Source: Lama guanicoe
Taxonomy: Eukaryota
Assembly (NCBI GenBank): GCA_013239625.1
Contig: MU053376.1
Coordinates: forward strand, 396,833 to 460,832
Reading direction: 5' to 3'
Length of the DNA stretch: 64,000 bases
This document shows, in pieces, positions 60,240 through 64,000 of this stretch. The notes beneath the pieces were generated by a model. The model searched no databases and was not told where the DNA came from. It was given only the letters and a program-made list of their open reading frames with translations. The translations under genes and the position numbers were made by a program. The first letter of the stretch is position 1, and each line of letters opens with the position of its first letter.

Positions 60240-62540
60240 TTCAAGGACCAGAACATCTCAATTTTGTAGAATTTTTTTCCAGACAATAGAAAGTAAGGAC
60301 TAAACAATTTATTCTGTTAGAGCCAGCTAACCCTGATATCCAAATGAGACAAAAACTTGACAGTGGAAAATTACAGACCTATTTCATTCACTGGTAGAGA
60401 CTTTACAACCTAAACAAAATATTAGCAAATCAAAACCAACAGTGTGCAAAAAGGAGTAATGTTCAAAACCAAGTTGGGTCTATCTCAGGTGTGCAAGGGT
60501 TTAGTATTAGAAAATCCATAAATGAAATTCAAAATTCACCACATTAATAGATTAAAAGAAAAAAAAGATTATCTCAATAGGTACAGAAAAAGCATTTTCT
60601 AAATCACTCTTCCATGGTATATTAATATGGAAGAAAAGGAGTCTTTCTAAGATGATAAAAGAGTACCTGTTAGAAAAAAAATAAAGAAAACATTGTATAG
60701 GGAAACATCTGAAGCACGCCCTTTAAATTCAGAGACAAAGATGCCTGATATTGTGTGTATTCAACACTGTATTGACAGTCCTAAGCAGTAAAGTAAGACA
60801 AGTAGAAGATATTAGAGACACAAGAATTAGAAAGAAGGGAATCGAATTTTAGTAACTGCAGGTGATTTGGTCATTTACATACAAAACAGAAGGATCCACA
60901 GATAAATTATTAGAAATAATTATGTAAGGTTAGCAAGTGACTAGATGTAAGATTAATGAAAGTCATTTGTATTTCTGTACATATGCAAAACCCACTAAAA
61001 ATGAAAGAGAAGGCATCCCAGTAGTATCGGAATATCAACTTTAGAAATTAGTCTAACACAAATGTGCTTGACCTTTAAAGGGAAAATTGTAAAACTTTAC
61101 TAAGTAGAGATAAGACCTTAATAAATAGAGGAATATGTTGTGTTAATGAATTGGAAAACAGTTTAATCTATACCTTAAATGTGATGTAATTCATAATCCC
61201 AACAGGGATTTTCATGGAACTTGATGATACTAAAATTTATATGGAAGAGTTAAGGGGCCAAGAATAGTTGGTCACTTCTAAAAAGGAATGAGGGTTGGGG
61301 GAGAGGGAAGACTTGCCCTACCAGATAGCTGGACTAGAGTAGAGAGCTTACAAACCCCCATGTGTGTTTATATACAACAAAGGTGGCTGTCAATCAAGAG
61401 AGAAAGGCATGTTCAATAAATTGAGCTGAAAAAAAATGGCCATCCATATGGGGAAAAAAAAAATCTCTAAAAGGAAAAAGTCAACTCCAGATGGATTAAA
61501 AGTTTAAAATATAATAAACAAAAATTAACAAATTTAGTAGACACTACCCTTGCCCCCAATCTTAGTAGAAAGTATAGGGGAAAGTGAGACCTTGGAGAGT
61601 AAAAGATTGCTTAAACCAGACAGAAATCATTGATTAAAAAAAGAGGAGATAAATATAAATTTGGCTATATTGAAATTAAGTTTTTGCTTATAAAAGCAAA
61701 TGGAAAGGACATTACAAATTGGGAGAAGATATTTGCAGGACACCTGGTTGACAAAGGGTTAATATTAAAAAAAATTAAAAATAACTATTACAAATCAAGT
61801 AAGTATAACAAAATCAATTAGAAAAATGTGTAAAAGACAACACGAGGAAACACATGTGGTTGATAAGCATATAAAGAGCATCATTAGTGATCAGGGAAAC
61901 ACAAGTCAAGCCTATGTCTATTTGATTGGGAAAAATTTAGAAAGTCTTAGGACATCAGATGTTGGAAAGGACGTGGATTCACAGGATGTCTTATACATTG
62001 CTGGTAGGATTATAAATTGATGCAAAGACTTCGAAGACAGCTTGTGTCAGATCCTAAAGTTGAATATTCCTGTATGCTATGACACAGTAATTTCTCCTGT
62101 AGATAAGCCCAACAGATACTTTTTTGCACATATACAAGAATGTTAAAAGCAATATTCATAATAGTGAAAGCCCTGTAAACAACTCAGATGTCCATCACAC
62201 ACTGGAAATATACAGTAGTCAAAATAAGTGAAAAATAAAGTATATTATGACGTGGGTGAATATTGAAGACATTGTGCTAAATTTTATAAGCCAGACACAA
62301 AAGGACAAATATTGTGTGATTTCACTTATCAGAGATACCTAGAATGGGCATATTCATAGAGACAGAAAGTAGGGTGGTGGTTTCCAGGGTCTGGGGAGAG
62401 GGAATAATGGGGGAGTTACTGTTTAATGGGTACAGAGTTTCAGTTTGCAGTGATGAAAAAGTTCTGGAGATGGATAGTGGTGATGGGGTGCAACATTGTG
62501 AGGTACTTAATGTCACTGAATTGTACATTTTAAAATGGTG
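60240..62540 (+). mobile_element. Degenerate LINE-1 ORF2/3' fragments in MDM4 intron 1
   Basis: A-rich; aaaatattagcaaat, ccacattaataga, and a 3' end gttctggagatggatagtggtgatgg...gtacattttaaaatggt. Confidence 0.8.
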
Positions 62541-64000
62541 AATTTTATATGAAGGAACTCAAATGACGTGACAGGAATTTATTTAGTGAAATAAAAATTC
62601 CTAAAATTACATATAATATGCTTCCTTTCTTTTTTAAAATTAAAAGCAAACTAAACTAAAAATATATCCTTTTTAGGATTCCATTTTAATGCAATAAAGT
62701 GCATAAAAAGAAAGGGAAGAAAATCAAAACAGAATTCAGGATGATTTTGGGGAGGAGGCAGGGGAATGGGATGGGAGAATCTTACAGTTAAATATAGATT
62801 GTTGTCAGAGTCCTAGTTTGTGGATGCTTATTGCATTATTAAAAATAAGTGAAAGTGGGCCATGTGTGGATGAACAATGAGAGTATGTCTTGAAGGAAAG
62901 GATTGTGATTAATTTTGTGCACTTGAGGTCTAATGGGAAAAAATACTGCTGTGTGGGGACTTCAGAGCTTTTCTGAGTTTAAACCTTGAGTTCAGCAGTT
63001 TACTAATTGTGTGATCTTGGGCAAATAATTTCATTGTGCTTCTTTTGCTTAATCTATAAAATAAAGATGATAATAATGCATATGTCATAGGATTATTTAA
63101 GTATTTAGTGGATTATAGCACAGGGAAATACATACAAGATCTTGTGGTAGCTCACAGTGAAAAAAATGTGACAATGAATATATGTATGTTCATGTATAAC
63201 TGAAAAATCGTGCTCTACACTGGAATTTGACACAACATTGTAAAATGACTATAACTCAATAAAAAATGTTTAAAAAAGTATTTAGTGGATTAATATATGT
63301 ACTTGATACAGAATAAGCTCTATATAAGTCTTTGCCATTTATCATTATCCAATCCTGTGTTGTAATAAACCACCCAACAACTTAGTGAGTTAAAACAGCA
63401 GCCATTTTATTTCTTATGATTCTGTGGGATGAACATCCCATTCAGTGAGTTGGTTCTGTTGGTCTCACTTGTAGTCTGTCATAGAGCTGTAGTTAGCTGT
63501 CAGCTGGCACTCAAGTGTCCTGAGATGTGTGGTGCTTTGGAGGATGTGGCTGGAAAGCTGAGCGCAGCTGGATGACTGAGCTCCTCCACCTGGCCTTTCT
63601 ATGTGGTCTTCAGTGGAGAAGCCAGTTAGGAGATGTGGTTCATTGGGGGCCGTTTTTGAAAATATCCACACTGTTATTAATATTTGTATCCACCATGTTC
63701 TACCACATATATAATTGTCAGTTTAGGCACTGAAGATATATTAATGAACAAATAAATGGAAATCCCTTTCCACTTATAGTTTGTTTTGCATGATAAAAAT
63801 TGAAACTAAATAGTGTGTTGCTGGTAACAAGAACAGTGAAGAAAAGAAAAATAAAGCAGGGAAGCAATAAGGAATACTAGGGGTTGGGGGTTGTGTGGTC
63901 ATTGGAAGGCCTCATTGATAAACTGATGTTTTGAGCAAAGACAAAAGGAGGAGGTTAGGAGCCAGAGGGGCAAGGGTGGAAGCAAGAAAACCTTTAGGGG

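Noticed and set aside
54462..64000. MDM4 coding exon 2
   Set aside because: No MDM4 N-terminal coding sequence was recognisable; it probably lies beyond the window.

Overview
Mammalian genomic DNA, most likely a camelid, judged from about 11 camelid-type tRNA-derived SINE copies. It appears syntenic with the human PIK3C2B-MDM4 locus. The minus strand carries the first 13 coding exons of PIK3C2B (start ATG at 17725; the gene runs off the left edge). Its GC-rich promoter probably lies in the assembly gap at 37902-38779. Further right are a convergent pair of identical tRNA-Lys(TTT) genes (47643-48067) and the CpG/ETS promoter and non-coding exon 1 of MDM4 (+). The rest is introns and intergenic DNA with L1, L2, MLT1, MER and SINE repeats and a U6 retropseudogene. 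Twelve PIK3C2B exons splice in frame with GT-AG boundaries. The fifth coding exon (9445-9531) is out of phase and appears to lack 25 nt, which would stop translation after codon 466, before the C2, helical and kinase domains. That is either a real loss-of-function allele or an assembly error, and it is the main thing to check. I found no convincing novel biological system. Comparisons with human sequences and repeat family names are from memory, not from alignments.
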